A DNA stretch of 64,000 bases from the human T2T-CHM13v2.0 reference genome, Homo sapiens. The stretch lies in NCBI RefSeq assembly GCF_009914755.1, contig NC_060931.1; one strand, given 5' to 3'. Numbering within the stretch: the stretch's first letter is position 1; the number at the start of each line of letters is the position of its first letter. Positions 13,236 to 27,749 of the stretch are shown here, one piece after another. Under the pieces are notes generated by a model that had not been told where the DNA came from, did not search any database, and saw only the letters and a program-made list of their open reading frames with translations. The position numbers and the translations under genes were made by a program.

Positions 13236-15212
13236 CACCCAGATTTCCTAGAAAAAGAAAGCCTCTCAAGCACCATTCTCATTTGACCCCATAATGTCCT
13301 GCTAACTTCATGTAACAAATGAAGTTCCTCTCTGAGTCTCCCACATGGATTCTACCCCACAGCACCTCCGTCTCCACTCAGGGTGGATATTTCCAGCACT
13401 CTTTGGTCCTCCAATTCCAGAGCTAGTAAAAATTTAGGGCAGCAACAGCCCTCTACCAAATACCTCCCCAAATTCCTCCACTAACAACTCTTTGAGACTT
13501 CAAATATCCTCACGTTCAAAAGAACCATTTCCCCTGCCATCCCTTCAACCTCCACCCACGGGTTCTGTTATCTGCAACCCGTCCGTGGAACTGAGCTGGT
13601 TCTCCCACACCTGACTGTTAGATTTCTTTGCCTTCTACCAGATTCAGTCCCTGGATAGCTATTTGTATCATCTCTCTCTCCTACTCAGCAATCTTCAATG
13701 GTTTTTCCTACAAGATCCAATTCAAAGTCTGCAGCCTTGAAGTCTTAGATCCTTTCTGCACCCCTAGTCTACTCCAAACCAACATTTGGCCCTGTTTTTC
13801 CTAGACAGGCCCTTTCATCCAGCTGAGGTTTAATCCATCACTGCTTACATCCTGATCTTACATGCAGCCTACTCTCCACACTTTTCCTTTTATGACCACC
13901 CCCACCAAGAAAGCTTTCCTCATTTTTCTCATGTATGGAAATCCTCTCCATCCCGCAGGCCCAGCTCAGATTCCACCTCCTGGGGGAAGCTGTCCTCCTG
14001 CAGGCCCCCTCTGCCTGGCAACTGGTGAAGCTGGCTGCACACTACGGAACTACCTGCCCACGTATCTGCACCAGCCTCGCAGCTGATGCTTCAGGTCTTG
14101 GTGGAAACTGCCCCTCAGTCCTTCACACCAGCCCAGACCTCTGCTCCCTCCTCTGGCCACCATCCCTATATGTCCTATCATCGACTTAGAAATTCAGTCT
14201 AAATGGAGAAGCTTCACATGTGAGATCTTGTGCTATCAATCACTTCCCCTTTCTGTGCTTAGCTTACAAACTCTTTATACAAAGCAGAGGGAGTTGATGA
14301 TCTCTATGGTCTCCTGAAAGTCAAGAGTGTATCACCTTCTTCCTCCAAATCCCCTTTTTTGAACCCCCTTCAAGTATCTTGTCACAACTTGACAGGCCTG
14401 GCTTCAGCAGTGCTCTCCTCTCAGGCCAGTCTCTCTGCTTTCAGCCCAGCTTCCCCAGTGTGCGAGGCTGAGCTGTGCACTCTGCTAGCCTCCATGAATT
14501 ATCCCTTCGAATGGCCTGAATTCTCTCTGGGCCACTGCCAAACCCATCAGCAGAGTAAATCGCTCTGTGGGCAACGTAATAAATATTCCTGCAGTTTCTC
14601 TTTCTATAAGAGAGAGCTGGAGGGAGATGGGAAATGAATGAATACCTAGAGAAACCAGGGTTCGTCAGTGCGTTCAGCAAGTCCAGAGTAGCTTTGGTGC
14701 AACATTCAAATAAAAAATGTTCTGACTGGTGCCTTTTGTGGCTTCCGCAAAGACTGGCACCAGGGGCCTCTGCACCTCTTCCCTAGGCTTCCCTCCCGCC
14801 ACCCTACTCCTCAGCCAGCTGCATTTCAAGCTACGCAGGAACGCCTGGGCACTGAAGGCAGCGCCCAGCTTTTGCTACAGGACCTTCTTTCCAGCTCATT
14901 CCAAACCTGACCGTCACTCTCCTTGACCACGCTAGTCAACTGGGACCTATTCAGTCCTGAGCTCCCAGCAACCTCATGGACTCCAGGGCAGACGCGATGG
15001 TCTGGGGTTCCCGTGGTCCCTTAGACGTCAGTCCTGCCTCTCCTTCTCCATTTCAGAACCGGCGGGATCAGCGTCTCCCTCACCACCCAAATGGAGAAGG
15101 AACACAAAAAAGGGTCCCAACAGAACCTGTCAACTGACACTAGCGTATGTCCCTCCGGCCTTCTCAATCCCTCCCCTTCAAACCAAACAAAAACGGCAAA
15201 CAGGAAACGCTC

Positions 15213-15625
15213 TTCTTTTAAAAATTACTCTATTATTATCAAATAGAACCACAGTATCCAAAAGGTAATTATAAAGTTCTATCCCCAACTAGATGGGCCC
15301 TACACCGCCCCTCTGAGTGGCCGGCGGCCAAATCACGCCCCCCGTGCTGATTGGTTTCATCCATTTTATTGTCAAGGAAATTAACAGCCCGAAAGGGTTC
15401 CCCAGGTCCGCGCCCTCCCCCCTGGGGCCCCCGGGGAAACGCGGCAGCAAGGGACCTGGTCTCACTGCCCCCATGTCCTTGGGAGGAGGGACGAGAGGAG
15501 AGGGGGAGCTCACGGCAAAGGGGCTGGGGGGCGCCCCGCCCCCGCCCGCTGGGCTCGGGCCTGGCGGTGTCCGAGGGGGGGCACGGCCCGCGCACCTGGC
15601 CGGGCGGCGGCGGCGGGGCGCGCGC
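15213..15625 (-). other. ZNF777: ZNF777 3'UTR (3' end approximate)
   Basis: Follows the stop codon; AATAAA at 15365-15370 and AATAGA at 15229-15234, the latter followed by a GT/T-rich tract at about 15180-15210 on the minus strand. Confidence 0.7.
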
Positions 15626-16800
15626 TCACTCGCCCGTGTGGGTCCGCAGGTGGTACTTGAGCGACTGCTTGTAGCGGAAGCACTTGGCGCAGTGCGTGCA
15701 GGGGTAGGGCCGCTCGCCCGTGTGCGCGCGCTGGTGCTCCAGCAGGTGATGCTTCTGCGTGAAGCGCTTGCCGCACTCGGCGCAGTGGTAGGGCCGCTCG
15801 CCTGTGTGGATGCGCCGGTGTTCCAGGAGGTGGTGCTTGCGGATGAAGCTCTTGCCGCACTCGGGGCAGGCGTGCGGCCGCTCGCGCGAGTGCACGCGGC
15901 AGTGGTTGGTGAGCTTGGACTTCTCGCTGAAGCTCTTCTCGCACTCGGGGCACTTGAAGGGCCGCTCGCCTGTGTGAGTCCGCTGGTGGCGCAGCAGGTG
16001 CGAGGGGCGGCTGAAGCTCTTGCCGCACAGGCTGCAGATGAAGGAGACCTCATGCTTGCCCGCGTGCACGCGCTGATGGATCACCAAGCTGATGTGCAGG
16101 CGGAAGCTCTTCTTGCACTCGGGGCACGTGTAGGGCCGCTCACCCGTGTGCGTGATCTGGTGTTTGGTCAGGCTGGACTTGTGGCTGAAGCTGCTGTCGC
16201 ACTCGGGGCACTTGTAGGGCTTAGGGCCACCGCCGCCGCTACCAGAGCTGGGTGACTTGGGACGCGGCTTGAGCGCGTGCTTGGGGTTGAACGTGGGCCC
16301 GCGTTCGGGTGAGACGCAGCCTCCGCGCACGCGGTGGATGCGCTGGTGCAGCGTGAGCTGTTGCTTGTGCCGGAAGCTGATCTCGCATTCGGCGCACTCG
16401 TAGGGCCCCTCCTTGATGTGGTTGCGCTGGTGGATGATGAGGTTGATCTTCAGGCGGAAGCTCTTGCCGCACTCCATGCATGTGAAGGGCCGCTCGCCGC
16501 GCCGGTTCCGCTGCTGCTGGCTCGAGGCCCCGCGGTTCTCGCTCAGGTGCCGCTCACCGTGCACGGAGGGCGCCAGCCTTTTCACTGCGGGGTTTCCTAG
16601 CTGCAGGGGCGGGGGGCTCTCCTCGCCCTCGGGGGACATCTCCCCGGGCAGCGGGGTCTGGTACATACTGGCCTCATATCTCCCGGACAGCTGCCCAAGG
16701 GATTGCAAGTGCTGCGGCAGCTCATCCTCCTCCTCCTCTTCTTCCTCCTCGTCTTGTTCCTCTGTCTTGATCACGATCCCCTCTGCTCCAGGGACAGAGA
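15300..16800. promoter_or_regulatory. 3' gene-body CpG island over the ZNF777 finger exon
   Basis: Dense CpG and GC content. Confidence 0.75.
15626..16782 (-). CDS. ZNF777: ZNF777 terminal coding exon: IVIKTE motif, poly-Glu and 9 C2H2 zinc fingers
   Basis: Acceptor ctctctgtccctggagcag|AG, phase 1; nine CxxC...HxxxH fingers with TGERP linkers; TGA at 15626-15628. Confidence 0.97.
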
Positions 16801-16869
16801 GAGAAAGTCGTTAGCTGCTGCCTGGCGCCCCTAACCTACCTGGATGGAGGTACAGCACTGCTTCACCCT

Positions 16870-17280
16870 CACCAAAACATTGCATTATTGGCCCAAATTC
16901 CTTCTTTTGGGAAAAGTCCCCTCATTGCGTCCCCTGGTCCGCTCCCCTCCCCCAACGGGGTAGACGCGTAACCCAGACTGGCCTTGCTGTTTGCTTCAGG
17001 AATGAGTCCAGACTTAAAAGGGGCTAAAAAGAGTCCTCTTTGGATTTTATACAGAGGACTGCAGGGGAAATCGCTTCCTGTTGGTTATGATGCGAAAGTG
17101 CTGGTACAGCCGGACCCAGCAGGAAAGAAGGAAACCAGTACACAGAGCCGATGTGGGAACACCTGGATCCAGCCATGCCTGATGCTGGAATACTCACGAT
17201 TCTCTAATTATATGAGCGATACACACCCCTTTTTCCATTAGGCTACTTAAAGGTTGGGTTTCTACCAGCTGTACCAAAGG
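16870..17280 (+). mobile_element. Probable old MLT1-type LTR fragment
   Basis: cctggatccagccatgcctga...ggttgggtttcta resembles an old MLT1 3' end. Confidence 0.45.
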
Positions 17281-18405
17281 GTCTCCACTCCTAAGGTTCT
17301 CAGTCTTTGCCCCTCTGAGGACATCTCTGCCTGAACTCTGCTCAGACCGGCCCACTTCTTTCTTAATCCACTTGGAGATTTCTCCTCTTGGTGCCTTTCC
17401 TCACCTTCCTCCAGAAATTTCCCTCTCCTCTCCATGTCTGCCTTGGTGATCAAAACCTACAGCACTCCACCCCTCCTTGGAGCCCACAGTACTCACTGGT
17501 GCCCACCCCAGGGATCAGGAACCCAGCCTTTTGCAGCCTCTCATGGGTGGAAGATGCACCGGCACAGTCAGACTCGACCACCCTTGAATCTGGATCAGGT
17601 GCAGGCAGTGCATGCCCCACCCGGGGATGCCCCCTCAACTCTCTAGCCTGGTCCTTTATGATAATGTAAGTTTTAGAGAAAAGAAGTGGCTCCCGACTCC
17701 TGTTTGAGTTTTCTCAAGTGCCTTGTACTTATTTGGCACTAACTGGTGAGTTCTATTTTTAGTCACCAGCTTTGTGTGACATAAGAAAGTCACTTCTCTG
17801 GACCCATCTGTGACAGAAGACACAAAAATTCTGTGTTTGCAGAATAATTAAAAACCAACAAGACCTTTTCAGAGTACTCATACCTGTCCTTTTTTTTCAT
17901 GAGCACAGTATCTTATTATAGGACCAGTCAAGCAAGAATTCTCCCCATTTTACAGATGGGTCATCCAAGCCCAGAGATATCAAGTGATGTTTCCAAATAG
18001 AAAATGAAGTCCTAGGCCTTTCTAGAGTTTGCAGGTTGGGACCCACCTGGTCTACCTCCTCAAGTAACATGGACTGAAGCTAGCAATGTTTGTGACCCAG
18101 CCAACGTCTTGTAAGGTTGCTAGTGACTCCCTGTCCTTAGCACTTCCTTGGCCTCCTCTACAGCCAGTGAACTACAGTGGTAAAATTAGGACACAGGTGT
18201 GCTGAGTCAAGGCTGCCTCAGTAGTGTTAGGATTCTCAGCAAGAAGCGACCCAGAACATCCTTGGAGCGTGATGCCTAAAAGATCAAGGAGCAGGCAGCT
18301 GCAGAGTGTGGTAACTAGTTGCCCTGGTGTTTATCCTGAAAATACTGAGTATGTCTGAAAGGCAAAGGGGAAAATAGATCCTGAGAAGCACTAAACTCTC
18401 CTTGA

Positions 18406-18736
<331 letters not shown>

Positions 18737-19030
18737 GAAGGTGCTTTTTTCTTCATGGAATGGTAAACGCCAAACATTTGGCCCTAAAACTCAAGACTCA
18801 AAACTCCACAAACTACTGTTTAGTAGTTTTCTAAAGTTCTACTACAATTAATGGGGACTGCTCAAAAGGCAATAGAGTTTATACGATGATGGTCCCAATT
18901 TAGCATATACTCAGAATTTACCTTATGTCTTTTCACTATTCTGTTATGAAAGACAGCATGGTATGTCAAAAACACTTCTGAAATACCATGGAGTTACTTA
19001 AAAATAAGGTGGTAGATCCATATATGTACA

Positions 19031-19319
19031 TATTTTTGAGACAGTGTCTTGCTCTGTCACCCAGGCTGGAGTGCAGTGATACAATCATGGCTCACTGCAG
19101 CCTCAGCCTCTCAGCTTCAACCAATCCTCCCACCTCAGCCTCCCAAGGAGCTGAGACTACAGGCATGCGCCACCATTCCCGGCTAATTTTTAATTTTTTT
19201 GTAGAGATGGGGTCTTCCTATGTTGCCTGGGCTGGCCATGAACTCCTGGGCTCAAGCAATCCTCCTGCTTTTGCTTCCCAAAGTGCTGGGATTACAGGTG
19301 TGAGTCACTGCCCTGGGCC
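19031..19319 (-). mobile_element. Alu (J-type)
   Basis: Full-length; TSD tagatccatat. Confidence 0.93.
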
Positions 19320-20423
19320 TAGATCCATATCTTTTGACCAACGAGATGGTCATTAATAAAATACCATGGGTATTTTATTAAGTGCAAAAAGGCAAATTAT
19401 AGAGGAATTATCTACAGATAATTTTTAAACACTTTACATCAATATAATACTTTTAAAAACAGAAATGGATGTGGATCTATTTCTAAATATGAAAATACAA
19501 TACAAACGTAATGGTGAATGACTCACACATAAACGAAACATCCAGACAAAAACAAAAGTCCATGTGGGTTCTACCAATTTTTCAAGGAACACACTCAATT
19601 CCTATTTTTTTTTCAGAATACAGAACAACAGCAAAAGCTGCCCAGTTCATCTGATATGTCCAGTATAATACTGTTTCCAAAATTAGATGAGAATAATTCA
19701 AGAAAAGGTTCATTTCATTTATGAATACAGTTGTCTAACTTGAGTAAAATATTTATTACCTAAGTCCAATAGTGAATTCAAAAAATACATCATGATGATC
19801 AAGTAGGGCTTTTCCCGGGCCTGCCAGGATGGCTCAGCATCAGAAAATCCATCACGAAAGATGTCCTGGGATCAGGCCACCGTGAGCCCCAGTGCCTTAC
19901 TGTTCTTGAACTCAGAAGGAGCAAGAGTGAGCAGCATGGTGATAAAGTTTTATAATTAAACAAAAATGAAGACTAGGTTCGACCACAGAATGCCGGTGCT
20001 ATTGTTATTTGAAAACCATGCTCTCCAGGGCTGAAATCTTCAAGGTAGTTGAGGCTTCTAGGGTGATATGAGATGATCAAGGACACGTTGGGAGAGTTCT
20101 AGCTTTGCCACTCTCTGTGTGGCCTTGCCCCATCTATTTAACCTCTGTCTGTAAAATGAGGGGTGGGATAGGTGAGCTCTGAGATCCCTTTGCCTGAACC
20201 AGTCTTTAGATGTAACCACTTCTTTCCTAGGTTGGAGACGGATTCTTACAAGTCCCGCGTCACGGAGCCTATACTCGAGGCCGTGCTTGGTAATTCTTTC
20301 CCACCTGTTGCCCCATCAGTGTCCAGCTACCTCTCTGAAGGAACCACAGCTTTCCCAGGGGGCAGGGGCCCTCTGGGAGGCCTCATGGCAACCCTTCCCC
20401 GGCCGTCCCCGCCCAGCACTCAC

Positions 20424-20675
20424 CCGTGCAGTTCCTCTGCTGCACCAGCATCTGCTTCAGTTCGCTGAACTCGCTGGAGCCTTCCGTGGACTCCTCCAGC
20501 GTGTTCTCTGGCTCCTGCATGTCCAGGTCTGGCTGTTCCCCACAGGGGTCACCCAGCTCTGAGTCCTGGAAGCCGTGCTCTTCCACCTGTCCCATCAGGG
20601 GCTCAGGTGTCTCCAAACTTTCTGAGCCCTCGTCGTTGGTCTGTACCTCGATCTTAATCACGATCCCATCGTGCG
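20424..20675 (-). CDS. ZNF777: ZNF777 coding exon (252 nt, phase 1-1): AHDGIVIKIEV...QQRNCT acidic linker
   Basis: Acceptor ccctctctcag|CG, donor ACGG|gtgagt; open in frame with both neighbours. Confidence 0.95.
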
Positions 20676-20965
20676 CTGAGAGAGGGTGGGCAGGGGTGAG
20701 GAGGAGAAAAGAACCCAGAATGTTCATGCCAACTGCCCAGGTTTCTGCAGCCCTACAATTTACATCTCAATAAGTCTTATCTTAGAGACCCTGAAGAAAT
20801 GTAATATTGAGTTGGAAATGAGTAGACACAGAATTTTCTGGACACCTTGTAGCTTTGAATACCAATACAAACTGTAGTCAAGTTAAAATAGATGCAAAGT
20901 TTGTTTTCCATGAGCTCCATAATTAAAAAAAAATATTCAGCATTGTCAGGGTTTATTTTTACTCT

Positions 20966-21129
20966 TATTTTTTCAATAGAGAAAGGTCTCACTCTGTCAC
21001 CCAGGCTCGAGTGCTGTGGTGTGATCATAGCTCACTGCAGCCTTGAACTCCTGGGCTTACATGATCCTCCCATCTCAGCCTCCCAAAGTGCTGGGATGAC
21101 AGGCATGAATGAGTCACTGCGCCCAGCCA
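20966..21129 (-). mobile_element. Alu fragment (internally deleted or monomeric)
   Basis: ggtctcactctgtcacccaggct...cccaaagtgctgggat. Confidence 0.85.
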
Positions 21130-21478
21130 GGGTTTATTTTAAAGAGATGCTCATTCCCTTTCTCAGTCAGACCAGCCAACCGGTACAGTTAACACAGTTT
21201 CTCTCTCATCTGCTCACTCACAATCAGGTCGATGAAGAAAAGGCTACCTCCTGACCACTCCCACCCTTCGGCCCCATACCCTGAGGTGTCCAAAAAACAC
21301 TCACATTCCCAAGCACGTATGCATGTACACCATGGGCATTTGGGTTTGTTTTTAGTTAAATAGCATCCTGTTACGCACTGCCCTGAAATTTGTTTCTAAA
21401 CTTGCCTATAGGTCTGTAGATTAATTTCAAATGTATCATTACATACATAGGTGTCATTTTACATAAATGGGATTATAA

Positions 21479-22238
<760 letters not shown>

Positions 22239-24209
22239 TAACAGAAGAACATTCACGTTTTGTTCCCAGAGTTTTGCTATGGTGAACAAATGTTTACTGC
22301 AATGACAATAGAATATGTCATGTACACACATATTCATTCATTCATCGAATGTTTACTAGCAGACACTGAGCACCAACTACATGTCATGTGGTCTAACGGC
22401 TTTTGATATATCCAGTGAAAAAAACATAGACCTTACATAAGGTGGTAGACACAATAAATAAATTACTTTGTATGTTAGAAGGTGACAAGTGCTGTGAGAA
22501 AAAGAGAAAAGAAGCCAGGAGATAAATGAACCAAGCAGCCTCAGTCCTGCCCTCCTGAGGCTCTTCATGCTCCTCTGCCAAATCCATTCATTCCCTTACT
22601 AAGAAATCAGACAAACTCATCAGGCTGAAAATGGGTGCTAGATGACCTAAGCTGGATTCCTTCGGATGCGCGGCACTCCTTTAATGCCTCTCTGATTCAC
22701 CAACTCAACTGGTTTGGAAGTGGATGGAATATAAAGCAGCTCTAATGTTCTCATTTACCCCCCCGCCACAGCCTTAAATGAAGACCTTTGATTCCCTCAG
22801 AACTGTGGAACTCTCCCACTCTCTCCAAAGATGTCTGTGTCCTATTCTCTATTAAAAGGAAAAGAAAAAGTCATCCATACCTCCATCCCCTACTTCCTAC
22901 ACTGGCTCAAAGTCACCATCTTTACCTCCCTTTTCTCTCCAATCTCAGGGAAAGTAATGTCTCTCTTCCCTCCTCCTGTCACTGAACTCCTCTGCTTGTT
23001 TCCTTAGCCCTGCCCATTTCTTTCTCCCTGGAGTTTTGCTCCATTAGTTGTGTGCCTTTTCCCATCTGTCTTCAATCCTTGTCTCTGCGCTAAATTGTTA
23101 TGATCCCTCCACAAACATGACCACGACTCTAGCATCAGGAAAACTTCCCTGACTTCACAAACTACTTAAAATATTTTGCTTGCTTACACCTTAAAATGAT
23201 TTTTAAAACTATGTACTCCTTTGCACCTTTTTGAATAAACATATAAAATGCATCAGTAACTGCAAAAGATGTAATTTCTGGAGTATTGTAAATATTGATA
23301 CTTTGAAATAAACTCTTCCATCACCCTTTAATGTCACCAATGGAATCTAAGAACCCCGGCAATTTTAAACCCACCATTATTCACTTAAAAATACATGAAC
23401 AAATTCTTCTTTGATAGCTGGAATTTTTATATCATTCCTTTTCACCTTGAACTTCTATTTCTATTCCCACTTTGCCCACAGAATTTTATCCTAATAGAAC
23501 ATATTTGTATGTTTAGAAGCCTTTTACTGATCACTTCCTCTGCCACTCTGCCACAAAAATGTGTATGTAAGTTGAAAGTTTAATTTTGCTTTCATTTCTA
23601 ATAACCACAGGTCTCTAAGTGTTCATTTTTTTTCTGGCTTAAGTTATCCTTAGTGATTATCACTATAGAATGATAAATAATTATCCAAGATAGAAAATAA
23701 AGAAACTTTGGGAAATGTATCTCTTATAAGGATGAATAGAAATTTTTTCCAATTAGTTTACTTATCTAGAAATCAATATTCTTATTGTAGAATGTACAGT
23801 TCAGAATCAATTTTAGTCTTTTTCATTTTTATATATGAAACCTCATTTACATTGGGAAACCTCATTTACATAAATATGTAGATGGGCTGGAAGAAACTTT
23901 GTTATGGAACTGTCACTCAATTCTGAACTTCTGAATTATATGCCACGAAGATCACATGGTCAACATGATCATCAAAAACTGTTTCTAATGACCTATTAGC
24001 TCACAACATGATTAGGTTCTTTCAATTTTGTTAAAGGTAAAATATTGCTAACAACCTAAGCTGCAAGAGAACTTGCCATCCAGGCCCCAGAGTGACATGC
24101 TGCAGGACATGTATCTTAAAATTCTGAATGTTTTCTGTTTGGTGACCTGGGGGCTTTATGCCTCTGAGAAATGCTTTATAGTAAGATGGAGATGGGCAGG
24201 AAGTGACTG

Positions 24210-24506
24210 TTTTGTTTTGTTTTTTAAGAGATGAGGCCTTGCTCTGTTGCGTAGGCTGGAGTACAGTGGTGAGATCATGGCTCACTGCAGCCTCAACCTC
24301 CTGGCTCAAACCACCTGCCACCTCAGCCTCTAGAGTAGCTGGGTCTACAGGCAAGTGCTACCATGCCCAGCTAATTTTTAAAGTTTTTGTAGAGACGAGG
24401 TCTCCCTATGTTGCCCAGGTTGGTCTCAAACACCTGGACTCAAGTGATCTTCCCATCTCGGCCTCCCACAGAGCTACGATTACAGGCATGAGCCACCATG
24501 CCCAGC
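24210..24506 (-). mobile_element. Alu (J-type)
   Basis: gagatgaggccttgctctg...ttacaggcatgagccacc. Confidence 0.9.
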
Positions 24507-25810
24507 AGCCTGTTGTTTTTTTTTTTTTTTTTTTTTTTTTTAAATAATGGGAGATGTAGATGAGAAGCCACATTTCAGGGACCACATGCATTGTGTGCTT
24601 TTGGCTGATCAGTTGGACAAGAAGAGATGGACTAAGGACTGGAAATTGTGCCCTCAAAGCCACCTGTATTATGTCCCTCTTGGGGAGTACCCTTGTCCCC
24701 TCAAGAGCATGGGTACCTCAGCTTGAAGACTAGTGCCTTCAGTACCTGGCCCTACTTCAAGACCCAACTCGGGTGTCCACCACTCCATCAAGCCTCTTCA
24801 GTGCTCTCAGCTGGACGTAGCTGTGCTCCTCCCTGAGCTCTAGGCATTCGCCTGCTCCTCTTTGTGGCACATACTCTACTCTTCCTCCCTCAAAACAGGC
24901 AGTATGTACACACTTTCACCTCCCCTCCACTTGCTAAACAGCAGGGAACGCCAGCGTTTCCCACCAAAAATGTCTCCCCACCCCGAACAACTTTTCAAAG
25001 AGTATTGACAACCAAGCTGCATTCATTTATAAGCAGGAATTTGTTCTCCCATTTAAAAAATTAATCGAAGACACATACATTGTGGGAATATAGTTTATGA
25101 AAAAGGTAACATTTCAATCCAGTGGGGAAGAGTTTAAAAGGAATGGAGACAACTGGCTTCCTGATTAGAAAGGGAAAAAAGCTACTTCACATATTTCACA
25201 TCAAACTCCTGATGAACAAAAAAATTTATGTATAAATAAGAAATTCATACCTAAGTTTTACAACTTTAAGCTGAGGAACAGGCTATCTGTAACCCTATGG
25301 CACTTCAGATATTCCTTCTGGAGGATGTTCGGTTATTCGTGCCAAACATATTAAATGTGCCCAACTCTTATCAACTATAAATTTTGCTATAAATTGTTTT
25401 GAAAGGATTCTTGTAGCTTGCTGTTGCCATCATTTGGCTATAAGAAACTTATTTAATCTGTGATTGGTTTTTAATCTTTGTAATAATTCGTGTTCATAAG
25501 AACTCCTGTGAGGTGGGGGAAATCCTATAAGTTGTTTTCAAATGTATTAAACCTTTGTGAAGACTGAATTTATTAGTTACTGAAAGTGATATAATGCTAT
25601 ATTTTTAGACATTTAGTTAAAATAAGCATTTAATTACTTAGACTTAGCAATTTTCTTTTTGTTTTCTAGGGCAAAAAATATTTTATTTTGTGTTTCAAAT
25701 ATTTTTATAGGTTTTTTTTGAGATGCTCACAGACCTAAGATCTGTGATCATAGTGTTTACTAAATAAAATAGCTTGAGTAAATATTTCTACACTTGATAC
25801 GAAACCCAGA

Positions 25811-27300
<1,490 letters not shown>

Positions 27301-27487
27301 TGAAATTAAAAACCAGTATTGCCACATTAACTCTCTCTACCAGCTCAAAGTAAATAAATATTGGTTGACACTGACTTTCCAATCTTCGCATGGCTATACT
27401 GTTAGGTTTTTTTAATTAAAAAAAATTTTTTTTAAAGTTATACATGCACATAGGCTAGTGGAACATAGTTGAACAGTTCTTCAAAAC

Positions 27488-27742
27488 TTCTTTTTTTTGA
27501 GACGGGGCTGCATCTTCCACCCCTTGGATTCAAGTGATTCTCCTGCCTTAGCCTCCTGAGTAGCCGGGATTACAGGCATGGGCCACCACACCCAGCTATA
27601 TATACATATTTTGTGTACTTTTAGTAGAGATGGGGTTTTACCATGTTGCCCAGGCTAATCTCAAACTCCTGACCTCAAGTGATCCACCTGCCTCGGCCTC
27701 CCAAACTGTTGGGATTAGAGGCGCGAGCCACCACACCCGGCC
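27488..27742 (-). mobile_element. Partial Alu
   Basis: ttcaagtgattctcctgcc...gcgagccaccacacccggcc. Confidence 0.9.
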
Positions 27743-27749
27743 CAAAACT

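Noticed and set aside
15317-16255. 312-aa plus-strand ORF and alternative-frame minus ORFs over the ZNF777 finger exon
   Set aside because: Shadow frames expected from GC-rich codon usage; low-complexity translations mirroring the finger periodicity; most begin at non-ATG codons
23150-24170. AT-rich intronic block that might be a DNA-transposon relic
   Set aside because: Could not identify terminal repeats or family by eye
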